Below, in pieces: positions 32,299 to 41,062 of a stretch of DNA of 62,273 nucleotides; position 1 is the stretch's first letter; each line of letters starts with the position of its first letter. Where the stretch lies: NCBI GenBank assembly GCA_012271265.1, contig JAAXGQ010000005.1, positions 1 to 62,273 on the forward strand, given 5' to 3'. This DNA is from Vicinamibacteraceae bacterium. GTDB taxonomy: Bacteria > Acidobacteriota > Vicinamibacteria > Marinacidobacterales > Marinacidobacteraceae. The notes beneath the pieces were generated by a model, which worked only from the letters and a program-made list of their open reading frames with translations, did no database searches and was not told the origin of the DNA. Made by a program: the position numbers and the translations under genes.

Positions 32299-33542
32299 AT
32301 GCCCGCGCCGCTCATCCTGGTCGGGGCCTGTCCCCCACGCTTCCGCTTCTTGCCGCAGCGCTTCTGACCGCCGCCCCGACCATGGCCCAGAACGGACCCC
32401 GCGCCCGCGATCTGGGCGTTCCCTTCGAAGGCGAACCCGGGCCCTGGAACGCGATCACCGACGTCGCCGGGATCGAGGTCGGCCACCACACGATCATCCG
32501 GGGCGAGGGTCCGCTCCGGGTCGGCGAAGGGCCAGTGCGCACCGGCGTCACGGCGGTGCTGCCCCGGGGCAGGTCGAGCCGGGGCCGGGTGTTCGCCGCG
32601 TGGTTCACCCTGAACGGCAACGGCGAGATGACCGGAACCACCTGGCTCCGCGACCGGGGCATCCTCGAAGGCGCGGTGATGATCACGAACACCCACAGCG
32701 TCGGGGCCGTCCACGAGGCCACGATCGCCTGGGCCCAGGAGAACCTCGACGCCCCGGACTGGAGCCTGCCCGTCGTCGCCGAGACGTGGGACGGGTTCCT
32801 GAACGACATCAACGGCTTCCACGTCCGCCGGGAGCACGTGTTCGCGGCGCTCGATTCGGCGGCCTCCGGTCCGGTCGCCGAGGGATCGGTGGGCGGCGGA
32901 ACCGGGATGCGCACCTTCGGCTTCAAGGCCGGGATCGGAACCTCCTCCCGCCGGGTCCGCGCGGGCGGCGAGGACTACATGGTCGGAGTGCTGGTGCAGT
33001 CCAACTTCGGCGGCCGCCGCCAGATGCGGATCGCCGGCGTCCCGGTGGGCCAGGAGATCCCGGACCTCCTTCCCGAGGCGCCCGCCGAGCCCGACTTCGC
33101 GGCGGCGGCTTCACCCGACGCGGGCGATGTTCCGGTGAGCGGCCGCACCGGATCGATCATCATCGTTGCCGCCACGGACGCGCCGCTCCTGCCTCACCAG
33201 CTCGACCGCTTCATCCGGCGGACGACGCTCGCCCTCGGCCGCGTGGGCAGCATCGCCTCCAACGGTTCGGGGGACATCTTCGTCGCGTTCTCCACCGCGA
33301 ATCAGGCGGCTGCGGAGAACGAGGACGGCGTGGCGCCGCTCCGGAACATCGCCAACAACAACCTCAACCCCTTCTTCGAGGGGGTGGTCCAGGCCGCCGA
33401 GGAGGCCATCGTGAACGCCATCGTGGCGGGTCGGGACATGGTCGGGGTCAACGGCCGCAGGATCTACGGCCTGCCCCACGATCGCCTCCAGGAGATCCTG
33501 CGCGAATACAACCGCCTGAACCCTCCCGCCGAAGGCGGCTGA
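32295..33542 (+). CDS. DmpA/P1-family (S58) aminopeptidase, secreted
   Basis: ATGA overlap and a signal peptide. ITDVAGIEVGHHT, VTAVLP and GSIIIVAATDAPL are typical of L-aminopeptidase/D-esterase family proteins. Confidence 0.85.
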   Translation: MNARAAHPGRGLSPTLPLLAAALLTAAPTMAQNGPRARDLGVPFEGEPGPWNAITDVAGIEVGHHTIIRGEGPLRVGEGPVRTGVTAVLPRGRSSRGRVFAAWFTLNGNGEMTGTTWLRDRGILEGAVMITNTHSVGAVHEATIAWAQENLDAPDWSLPVVAETWDGFLNDINGFHVRREHVFAALDSAASGPVAEGSVGGGTGMRTFGFKAGIGTSSRRVRAGGEDYMVGVLVQSNFGGRRQMRIAGVPVGQEIPDLLPEAPAEPDFAAAASPDAGDVPVSGRTGSIIIVAATDAPLLPHQLDRFIRRTTLALGRVGSIASNGSGDIFVAFSTANQAAAENEDGVAPLRNIANNNLNPFFEGVVQAAEEAIVNAIVAGRDMVGVNGRRIYGLPHDRLQEILREYNRLNPPAEGG

Positions 33543-33696
33543 ATCGCCGCGCCGCCCCGCACGCAGGATGCCGATTGCCCGTGCTAGCCTCCTCCACACT
33601 CAAAACGGCGCCTGGCAGCGTTGCGAATCCAAGCTGAGTCGGGCGTGCCCGGCTCACACGTGCCAGGCGCCACCGAGGTAGAGCAGTAGGGGTCTC

Positions 33697-34404
33697 GTGC
33701 CTGCGCGCGCTGCCCTCCTGATGGATGGCGGCTACGTGATCGTCCGGCTGCGTCGGTCGCAGGGGATCGCCCCGTCCGCGACCGACATCTCACAACTCGC
33801 GGCGCGTCTGATCGCTGACCTTCCGGGACAGCACGACCTCTATCGCGTCTTCTTCTATCACGCGGAGCCGTATCAGGGCTCGGTCGAGAGGCCGTTGGGT
33901 GGCGGGGTCGTCAAGTTTGCGGAGACGACGGCGGCCGTGCGGAATCGCCGCCTGCTGCGGGAGCTGGAGCAGACCGAGGACTTCGCCGTCAGACGGGGCG
34001 AGGTCAGGTTTCGCGGCTGGGAGCTCCGCGCCTCAGTCTCCCGTGCTCTGCAGCGAAGGCGGGACGCACCGATCTCCGCAAGCGACTTCGTTCCGAAGAT
34101 CAGGCAAAAGGGCGTGGACATGCGGATCGGCCTGGACATGGCGGCGCTCGCTCTGAAGAGACTCGTATCCACTGTGGTCGTGGTGTCGGGAGACTCGGAC
34201 ATGGTCCCGGCGATGCGGTTCGCACGTCGGGAGGGCCTGCGCGTCGGGCTCTGCCCCCTGGGCTTTGCCGGGATCCGGCGCGAGCTGCGGGCGCACGCGG
34301 ACTTCATCGTGGACTGGCCGGGGTCGCCCGATCCGGGAGCTTCTGCTTCATCCCCCGAGGACCCCTCGACTGCCAGCCCTGCACCCGCCGAAACCCGCTG
34401 GTAG
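33697..34404 (+). CDS. NYN-domain (LabA/DUF88-like) protein
   Basis: AALLMDGGYV N-terminus, KGVDMRIGLDM and VVVVSGDSDMVPAM motifs of NYN/PIN-like nucleases. Confidence 0.8.
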   Translation: MPARAALLMDGGYVIVRLRRSQGIAPSATDISQLAARLIADLPGQHDLYRVFFYHAEPYQGSVERPLGGGVVKFAETTAAVRNRRLLRELEQTEDFAVRRGEVRFRGWELRASVSRALQRRRDAPISASDFVPKIRQKGVDMRIGLDMAALALKRLVSTVVVVSGDSDMVPAMRFARREGLRVGLCPLGFAGIRRELRAHADFIVDWPGSPDPGASASSPEDPSTASPAPAETRW

Positions 34405-34445
34405 GCTCGCCAATCGTGATTCCCCGTCCGGGAGGAGGGCCCATC

Positions 34446-35267
34446 ATGTCTGCGAAGCGCGTTGGTTCCTGGTTCGAGGTGGCGCCCGGAGTGGACCTCT
34501 ACTACGAGGACGAAGGGAAGGGTCCGCCGATCGTCTTTGTCCCCGGCTGGACCTTCACCACGCGGGTCTTCGACCACCAGTTCGCCGCGTTTTCGGGCGA
34601 GCACCGGGTGATCTCCTTCGACCCCCGGAGTCACGGCCGTTCCACCGTGACCATGGACGGAAACAACTACGCCACCCAGGGCGCCGATCTGGCCGCCCTG
34701 CTCGCCCACCTCGAAGTGGAAGACCCTGTGCTGGTGGGCTGGTCCACCGGCTCCTACGCGCTCTGGAGCCTGGTCCGCAGCGAGGGCGCCGCCGGCATTC
34801 GCGCCCTCGTGCCCATGGACATGCCCCCGGTGGCGATGAGCTGCGACGCGGAGGACTGGGTGGAGGGCTCGATTGCCGAGCTCGGCGAATTCCTCCAGGC
34901 GATTCAGACCGCCTCCGGCCAGCGCGCTGCGGTCACCGCGTACGCGGATCTGGTGATGATCGAGCAGGAGCTCACCCCCGAGCTGACTGCGTGGGTGGTC
35001 GAACAGTCGCTCGCGACGCCGCCGATCATCGCGTCGAACCTGCTCGCCGACGCCTGCTTCGCGAACTACCTCGAAGAGGCGCGGCAGGCGGACGCCGAGA
35101 TCCCCCAGATGTTCATCCTCGCGGAGCACTGGTCCGGGGTCGCGAAGCCGTACCTCCAGAAGCACTGCCCGAACTCCCGCGTCGAGGCCTTCGGCGGCCA
35201 CCTGAACTTCTGGGAGTACCCGGACCGGTTCAACGCTCTGCTCCGGGACTTCCTCTCCGGGATCTGA
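34446..35267 (+). CDS. Alpha/beta hydrolase
   Basis: VFVPGW, FDPRSHGRS and nucleophile-elbow-like GWSTGS. SD ggaggag lies 7-9 nt upstream of the ATG at 34446. An alternative GTG start is at 34416. Confidence 0.8.
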   Translation: MSAKRVGSWFEVAPGVDLYYEDEGKGPPIVFVPGWTFTTRVFDHQFAAFSGEHRVISFDPRSHGRSTVTMDGNNYATQGADLAALLAHLEVEDPVLVGWSTGSYALWSLVRSEGAAGIRALVPMDMPPVAMSCDAEDWVEGSIAELGEFLQAIQTASGQRAAVTAYADLVMIEQELTPELTAWVVEQSLATPPIIASNLLADACFANYLEEARQADAEIPQMFILAEHWSGVAKPYLQKHCPNSRVEAFGGHLNFWEYPDRFNALLRDFLSGI

Positions 35268-35273
35268 CGGTCG

Positions 35274-36260
35274 TCAGCGCGTCCGCGCCCGGCTGCCGGA
35301 TCGCTCCCGGAGCGCCAGCACCCGCTCGCTGAGCGCTTCGCCGCGGCCGGGCTCCGACCACGGGCAGACCTCGATGCAGATGGCGCAGCCGTAGGTCTTG
35401 GTGAAGTAGGGGACGCACTTGTCGAAGTCCACGTACCACCGCTTCTCCCCGCGCACCCACTGCTTCGTCTCGTGGATCGCGTCAGGGGGACAGTCGAGCA
35501 CGCAGCGGCGACAGTGGAGACAGACGTCGTCCACCCCGATGTCCTCCGGGGCGTCGAGAGCCAGCGGCATGTCGGTCAGGACGGCGGCGAGGCGAAAGTT
35601 CGAGCCGTGCTCGCGGCTGATCATCGAACCGTGCTTCCCCAGCTGGCCGAGCCCGGCGCGGACCGCGAGCGGGATGTGGAGGATGTCGGTGGCGTTCGGA
35701 TCGCCGTAGGCCTTCGCCGGAAAACCCCGGCGGCGGATGCTGCGTCCGACCCGCATGGCGATGCGGGCGACCCGTTTGTAGGTCCGCATCACCTCGGCCG
35801 CTCCCCGCGGCGTCGCCGCGTGGGCCATTTCGTCCCGCCGCATCGGCAGCCCGATGCAGACGGCGTTGCCGTAGGGGGCCTCCCGGCCCTCGAAGACGTC
35901 GCTCTCCCGGACCTCGGTGATCCCGACCAGCGAGGCTCCGGCCCGTTTCGCGGCGCTCTTCACGAAAGCGGCGTTGTCCTCGGGACCTTCGTCCACCCGG
36001 CGGCGCGCGGCAGGTCCGGTCTCACCCCGGAGCTCGAACTTGTTCACGAGCCGGTGGCGCACCACCTGCCACGGATTCACGCACATGAAGAAGTCGTCGA
36101 GTCCCTGCCAGGCGATCGGCTTCCTGGAGTCGGCGTTGTGAAAGACCTGGGTGGCCGGCCGCCGCTCCCGCTCGCCGTGTCCGTTGATTTCGTTTCCCGA
36201 CTGCGGCGGGCTCCGGTAGCCGAACGCGTATTCCGCCGGCGGCGCCTTCGGGAACTTCAT
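35274..36260 (-). CDS. Double 4Fe-4S cluster protein, reductive-dehalogenase/QueG-like fold, no signal peptide
   Basis: CLHCRRCVLDCP and CAICIEVCP cluster motifs at the C-terminus. Start MKFPKAPP at 36260. The upstream part of the 563-aa ORF is Arg-rich and not protein-like. Confidence 0.75.
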   Translation of the reverse strand: MKFPKAPPAEYAFGYRSPPQSGNEINGHGERERRPATQVFHNADSRKPIAWQGLDDFFMCVNPWQVVRHRLVNKFELRGETGPAARRRVDEGPEDNAAFVKSAAKRAGASLVGITEVRESDVFEGREAPYGNAVCIGLPMRRDEMAHAATPRGAAEVMRTYKRVARIAMRVGRSIRRRGFPAKAYGDPNATDILHIPLAVRAGLGQLGKHGSMISREHGSNFRLAAVLTDMPLALDAPEDIGVDDVCLHCRRCVLDCPPDAIHETKQWVRGEKRWYVDFDKCVPYFTKTYGCAICIEVCPWSEPGRGEALSERVLALRERSGSRARTR

Positions 36261-36457
36261 CGTTCCGCCTCGTTCCCGAACGGGCCGTGATCCAGCCAGA
36301 TCGTCGCGCCGGTCTGCTCGGCCCTTCGATGCCGAAGACGGACTTCCCGCCCCTTCGTCAAATAGAACGCGACGAACCGCACCACCACGCCGGCCAGCAC
36401 CAGGGTGCGCCACCCGCGCGCCGCGATGCCGCCGATGCCGCGCGCCGTCTCGTCCAT
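36257..36457 (-). CDS. Possible 66-aa single-TM protein translationally coupled to the 4Fe-4S protein
   Basis: ATG start, TM WRTLVLAGVVVRFVAFYL, and a stop overlapping the downstream ATG (ATGA). Confidence 0.35.
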   Translation of the reverse strand: MDETARGIGGIAARGWRTLVLAGVVVRFVAFYLTKGREVRLRHRRAEQTGATIWLDHGPFGNEAER

Positions 36458-36955
36458 GGGGTTTCGATGCGCCGCCGATTCTACGGACCCAGGGGGCTCG
36501 CCGGACGGGGCTCGGAGAAGTCGGCCGCTGCGTTACGGTCGCGCCGTGAGCCAGGAGACGGTCGCGATTCCCGGCGTCGGCGTCGGCCTGCTCGGGGCAT
36601 GGGGCGGCCTCGCCGCGCTGCTGATCAGCGGTCAGCGCGCCCTTCGCGCCGATCTTCGTGGAATCCGCGCCGATCTGCACGCTCTCTCCGACCGGGTTGC
36701 CCGGCTCAAGGGCGCGTTTCGGCAAACAGACCCGCCGCCCGCGCCGCCGCATCGGCAGCGCCTGATCAGCATCGCGCCGACCAGCCCCGCTTCCCGACGC
36801 GATCCCGGCCTCCGGACGCGGCGCACCGCTCCGCCACCGCGTCGCTGGCTTCCCGCGCAGCGCCCGCGGGCCGAATTGCCCCCGGCGCTTCACCTCCTCC
36901 GGGCCGCCGACATCGTCCCCATGGACTTGGCCCAGGGTGTGATATGGTTTTCCAT

Positions 36956-37198
36956 ATGAAGACAACCCTCAACATCGCTGATCCCGTGATGAGGCGTCTG
37001 AAGGAGGAGGCGGCTCGCCGAAACACCACGATGTCCGCGCTCGTGGAGGCCGGACTCCGGCATGTGCTGGGCAGCGCCGCGGCGTCGCGAGCGCGGTCGG
37101 AAGAACTGCCCGCGCTGCCAACGTGGCGCAGCGGTGGCTTCCGCGTGGACATCGACGACCGCGACGCGCTGTATCGGGCGATGGAAGAGGACGAATGA
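36956..37198 (+). CDS. vapB: VapB-type antitoxin (DUF2191 / RHH-like)
   Basis: MKTTLNIADPVMRRLKEEAARRNTTMSALVEAGL, immediately followed by a PIN gene. An alternative ATG is at 36944. Confidence 0.8.
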   Translation: MKTTLNIADPVMRRLKEEAARRNTTMSALVEAGLRHVLGSAAASRARSEELPALPTWRSGGFRVDIDDRDALYRAMEEDE

Positions 37199-37648
37199 GT
37201 GGTTCTCTTTGACACGAACGTCCTCGTCCACGCAGCCGCTGAAGAGTCTCCCTTCCACGTCCCCTGTCGCGATCAGGTGGCCGGAGCCCGCAACGATGTC
37301 TCCGCCGCGTTCGTCACGTGGGGCATCTGCTACGAGTTCCTGCGCGTGGCCACCCACCCCCGTGTCCCCTTCCTTCCGTGGTCGCTCGACGAGGCTTGGG
37401 GGTACCTGGCCGCATTGCTGGCGACGCCCGGATTCGAGGTGCTGGTCGAAACGCCTCGTCACGCGGAGATCCTGGACCGCACCCGGTCGGAGTTTCCCTT
37501 TCTCCGAGGCAATGCCGTTCACGATCTCCACACGGTCGTGTTGATGCGGGAGCACGGGATCAGCCGGATCTCCACACGAGACCGGCTTTTCTTGCGCTTT
37601 CCATTCTTGACGGTGATCGATCCGGCGGGCGCCTCGGAAAGCGGATGA
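37199..37648 (+). CDS. vapC: PIN-domain toxin (VapC)
   Basis: The GTG start abuts the vapB stop. VLFDTNVLV, CYEFLRV and NAVHDLH carry the acidic PIN residues. Confidence 0.85.
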   Translation: MVLFDTNVLVHAAAEESPFHVPCRDQVAGARNDVSAAFVTWGICYEFLRVATHPRVPFLPWSLDEAWGYLAALLATPGFEVLVETPRHAEILDRTRSEFPFLRGNAVHDLHTVVLMREHGISRISTRDRLFLRFPFLTVIDPAGASESG

Positions 37649-37900
37649 GTCCGGTCACCTCCCGAAAGCGGCGGCGCAGTTCGGCTCGGAGAGCTTCGAA
37701 GATCCGCTGAACGCCTCGTCGCCGGGTACGGAGAGGCGAATGCGGCCGATGAGGGGGGTGAGGGGGGAGCTGGACGCCGGAAATGCCCGAGGGGCCCTGC
37801 GGTGGCGCCGGGAGCGGATCACGACCGTTCGTTCCGACCCGCCGGCGGGAGCATTGAAGGATTCGGGCTTCGCCGGAGTAGTGCAAGGTAGACACGACCT

Positions 37901-38482
37901 ATGGCCCTTCGCTTCGCCCCGCCCCGTCCCACCGGTTCCGGGGCGCGCGATCCGGAGGAGCAGGAGTGGATCCGCCGCTGCCGGAACGGGAGCCGCCGCG
38001 CCTACGAGCCGCTCGTCCGCCGCTACGCGGCGTGGGCCGAGGCGACCGCCTTCCGACGGGTGGGAGACCGGGAAGAAGCCCGCGACCTGGCCCAGGAGGC
38101 GTTCATCCGCGCCTTTCACGCCATGCCCCGCTTCCGTCCGGACCGGCCCTTTCTTCCCTGGTTCCTGGTCATCCTGGACAACCTCTGCCGCAGCCGTCTC
38201 CGGCGCCGGCGCCCGGTGGTGGACCTCGCCGATGTGCCCGAGCCCGCGGGCGACGGCGGCATGGAGGCCGTCGAGGACCGGCTCCTGCTCGACTGGGCCC
38301 TCGGCGGGTTGTCCGAGCCGCAGCGGCGCGCGCTGCTGCTGAAGGACGTCGAGGGCTTCGCCCACCGGGAAGTGGCCGAGCGGCTCGGCGTTCCCGAAGG
38401 GACCGTCATGTCCCGCGTCCATCACGCCCGCCGCCGCCTGCGACGGGCCCTCACCGGGAGACCTCCGGGAGACTCCGCATGA
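37901..38482 (+). CDS. ECF (group 4) sigma-70 family factor
   Basis: Region 2 (LVRRYAAWAEATAFRRVGDREEARDLAQEAFIRAF) and region 4 (EGFAHREVAERLGVPEGTVMSRVHHARRRL). Confidence 0.9.
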   Translation: MALRFAPPRPTGSGARDPEEQEWIRRCRNGSRRAYEPLVRRYAAWAEATAFRRVGDREEARDLAQEAFIRAFHAMPRFRPDRPFLPWFLVILDNLCRSRLRRRRPVVDLADVPEPAGDGGMEAVEDRLLLDWALGGLSEPQRRALLLKDVEGFAHREVAERLGVPEGTVMSRVHHARRRLRRALTGRPPGDSA

Positions 38483-38844
38483 GAGAAGGCAACCAAGAGC
38501 CCGGCGCCTCCGGGCGACTTCCCGACGACGCGCCCGGCGCCGCCGGCCAAGCCGCCCGCCGCGGAGACTGGGACGACGCCGCCCTCGACCGCTTCTGGCT
38601 CGGGGTCTATTCCCGGCTGGAGCGCGGGATCGCCTGGACGCTGCTCTCCCTGTCCGCCCTCCTGCTGCTCGGCTACGCCGCCTACCACTTCGCAACGGTC
38701 TTCCTCGCCGACTCGGGGATTCCGCTTGCGGTTCGCATCGGGACCGCCGGATTCACCCTCGGGGTTCTCCTCCTCCTGATCGGCGCTCTCCGGGAACGGT
38801 TCCGCGCCTTCGCCTCGGACCCGTTCCGAAGGATTCAGCGATGA
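38479..38844 (+). CDS. Membrane protein, putative cognate anti-sigma factor
   Basis: ATGA overlap with the ECF sigma gene and three predicted TM segments. Confidence 0.55.
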   Translation: MREGNQEPGASGRLPDDAPGAAGQAARRGDWDDAALDRFWLGVYSRLERGIAWTLLSLSALLLLGYAAYHFATVFLADSGIPLAVRIGTAGFTLGVLLLLIGALRERFRAFASDPFRRIQR

Positions 38845-39155
38845 CCCTCACCACCACCTCGACGATCCCCGGAAGGGAGATCGCAGCCAGCCTGGGGATC
38901 GCCCGGGGCAACACGATCCGCGCCCGCCACGTCGGCCGCGACATCCTCGCCGGTCTCAGGACGCTGGTCGGCGGCGAGATCGGCGACTACACGAAACTGA
39001 TGGCCGAAAGCCGGGAGCAGGCGCTTGCCCGGATGATCGAGCACGCCGAAGCGATGGGCGCCGACGCGGTGGTCGGGGTGCGGGTGACCACGGCGATGGT
39101 GATGCAGGGCGCCTCCGAGCTCCTCGCCTACGGCACCGCCGTCCGCCTTCGGTAG
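38841..39155 (+). CDS. YbjQ/UPF0145-family protein
   Basis: 104 aa. TTSTIPGREI...GIARGNTIRARHVGRDI...GGEIGDYTKLMAESREQALARMIEHAEAMGADAVVGVR is the family signature. Confidence 0.9.
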   Translation: MTLTTTSTIPGREIAASLGIARGNTIRARHVGRDILAGLRTLVGGEIGDYTKLMAESREQALARMIEHAEAMGADAVVGVRVTTAMVMQGASELLAYGTAVRLR

Positions 39156-39160
39156 CCCGG

Positions 39161-39685
39161 GTGTCCAACCACTCCGGGGCCGTGCGTCGCGTCGTGGAGC
39201 ACGATCGGGGCCGGTTCTACGAGGACTTCCATCCGGGGCAGCGCATCCGCCATCCGTTCGGCCGCACCGTGCATGCGGCGGACAACGCCTGGTTCTCCCT
39301 CCTGACCCAGAACCAGAACCCGATCCACCTCGACCGCCACTACAGCGAGCAGACGCCCTTCGGCAAACCGCTGGTGAACTCCTGCCTGACGCTGGCGCTG
39401 GCGACCGGCCAGTCGGTGAACGACCTCACCCGGAACGTGATCGCGAACCTGGGCTGGGACGAAGTACGCCTGCCCGCGCCGCTCTTCGAGGGCGACACCC
39501 TGTACGCCGAGAGCGAGGTCCTTGCCGTCCGGGAGTCGCGCTCGCGGCCCGAAGCCGGCATCGTGCGCGTCGCGACCACCGGTCGCAACCAGGAGGGCGA
39601 GGCCGTGATCCGCTTCCGCCGCACCTTCCTCATCTGGAAGCGGGCGCATGCTCCGGGCGCCCCCGGTCCGGCCCGGTCACCATGA
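39161..39685 (+). CDS. MaoC-like (hot-dog fold) dehydratase
   Basis: LLTQNQNPIHLD hydratase motif and GDTLYAESEVL. Confidence 0.85.
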   Translation: MSNHSGAVRRVVEHDRGRFYEDFHPGQRIRHPFGRTVHAADNAWFSLLTQNQNPIHLDRHYSEQTPFGKPLVNSCLTLALATGQSVNDLTRNVIANLGWDEVRLPAPLFEGDTLYAESEVLAVRESRSRPEAGIVRVATTGRNQEGEAVIRFRRTFLIWKRAHAPGAPGPARSP

Positions 39686-39697
39686 CCCCGAAGGCGG

Positions 39698-39769
39698 AGC
39701 CGGCGAGTGGATTTGAACCACCGACCTGCTGATTACGAATCAGCTGCTCTACCCCTGAGCTACACCGGC
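39698..39769 (-). tRNA. tRNA-Thr (anticodon CGU)
   Basis: Manual cloverleaf: acceptor GCCGGUG/CGCCGGC, D-arm TAGCTCAGGGGTAGAGC, anticodon stem-loop GCTGA-TTCGTAA-TCAGC, T-arm GGTGGTTCAAATCCACT. No encoded CCA. Confidence 0.85.
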
Positions 39770-39874
39770 CCGCTCTGCCCGTCGAACCCACCCGGACGGG
39801 CGGCGCGATTCTAGACCAGCGAACCCGCCCGGCACGGCCGCAGCGCCGACACCGCGGACCCTAAGCTCCCGGCC

Positions 39875-41038
39875 ATGGCAGTGACCGCGAGCGATGCCTC
39901 CGGTCCTCCCCCGGGTGCGGACCTGCCCCCTGCCGATGTCGTGGTGGTGGGCGCGGGCCTCGCGGGCCTCTGGTGTTCCCGGCTCGTCGCCGAAGCGGGG
40001 CTCCGGGTGGCGCTCCTCGACCGGAAGGAGGATCCCGGCGACCGCGTCCACACCACCGGCATCTTCGTGAGGAAGTCCCTCGAAGACTTCGACCTGCCCG
40101 AGTCATGCCTCGGGCCGCCGATCCGTCGGGTCGTGCTCTATTCCCCGGCCGGCCGCGCCCTGCGGCTTCGGAGTCCGCATGTCGAGTTTCGGGTGGGTCG
40201 GATGGCCGGGCTCTACCGCCGCCTGCTCGACGACGCCCGCGCCGCCGGGGTCCGGTTTCTCCCGGGCGCCCGCTACGCCGGTCTTCGCCGGGTCGGGAAC
40301 GGTCTCGCGGTGGCCGTGGAGCGCCGAGGCCGCACCGGGCATCTCGCGGCGGGCTTCCTGGTCGGGGCCGACGGGGCGAACTCGCAGGTGGCGTTCGACC
40401 TGGGTCTCGACGCGAACCGCGCGTGGATCGTCGGGCGCGAATCCGTCTACCGGGGGGCGCCCCCTTCCGGCCCTCCGGCGCTCCACTGCTTTCTCGATCC
40501 CCGGGTGGCCCCCGGCTACCTCGCCTGGGTCGTCGAGGACGGCGAGGAGACGCACGTCGGCGTCGGGGGCTATCCGGATCGCTTCCATCCCCGGCGCGCC
40601 CTCGCCACGTTCACCGCCGGCGTCGAGGACCGCTTTGCGCTGCGCCAGGCGGAGCTCGTCGAACGGCGCGGAGGCCGGATTCCGGTGAACGGGGTGCTCG
40701 CCCGGATCGCCCGCGACCCCGGCCTCCTGGTCGGAGACGCCGCCGGCGCCGTGTCCCCGCTCACGGCCGGCGGGTTCGACGCCTGCCTCCGCCTTTCGGA
40801 GAAGGCGGCCCGGGTCATCGTCCGCCGCTTCGAGACCGGCGATCCGAGGGTCCTGAAGGCCTATTCGGGCCAGCGGCTGCGCGTCCGCTTCCTCTCCCGG
40901 CGCTGGATGCGCGCCATTCTCGCCCGGGTCCGCAGCCGCGCGGCGATGGAGGCGGTCTGCTTCGCGCTCCGCCGGCCGCCGCTCCGCCGCCTCGCCTGGC
41001 AGGTCTTCTTCCGCCGCCGCTCCTTCCCCGACACCTGA
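39875..41038 (+). CDS. FAD-dependent oxidoreductase, geranylgeranyl reductase family
   Basis: DVVVVGAGLAGL dinucleotide-binding motif, LVGADGANS and LVGDAAG motifs. Confidence 0.85.
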   Translation: MAVTASDASGPPPGADLPPADVVVVGAGLAGLWCSRLVAEAGLRVALLDRKEDPGDRVHTTGIFVRKSLEDFDLPESCLGPPIRRVVLYSPAGRALRLRSPHVEFRVGRMAGLYRRLLDDARAAGVRFLPGARYAGLRRVGNGLAVAVERRGRTGHLAAGFLVGADGANSQVAFDLGLDANRAWIVGRESVYRGAPPSGPPALHCFLDPRVAPGYLAWVVEDGEETHVGVGGYPDRFHPRRALATFTAGVEDRFALRQAELVERRGGRIPVNGVLARIARDPGLLVGDAAGAVSPLTAGGFDACLRLSEKAARVIVRRFETGDPRVLKAYSGQRLRVRFLSRRWMRAILARVRSRAAMEAVCFALRRPPLRRLAWQVFFRRRSFPDT

Positions 41039-41062
41039 CGCCGGAACGGCGAAGGCTGTGAC

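Noticed and set aside
39770-39874. Putative promoter for tRNA-Thr, based on a TAGAAT box on the minus strand around 39816-39821.
   Set aside because: No acceptable -35 element lies at 16-18 nt spacing, and the box is about 46 nt from the mature 5' end. The evidence is too weak to call.
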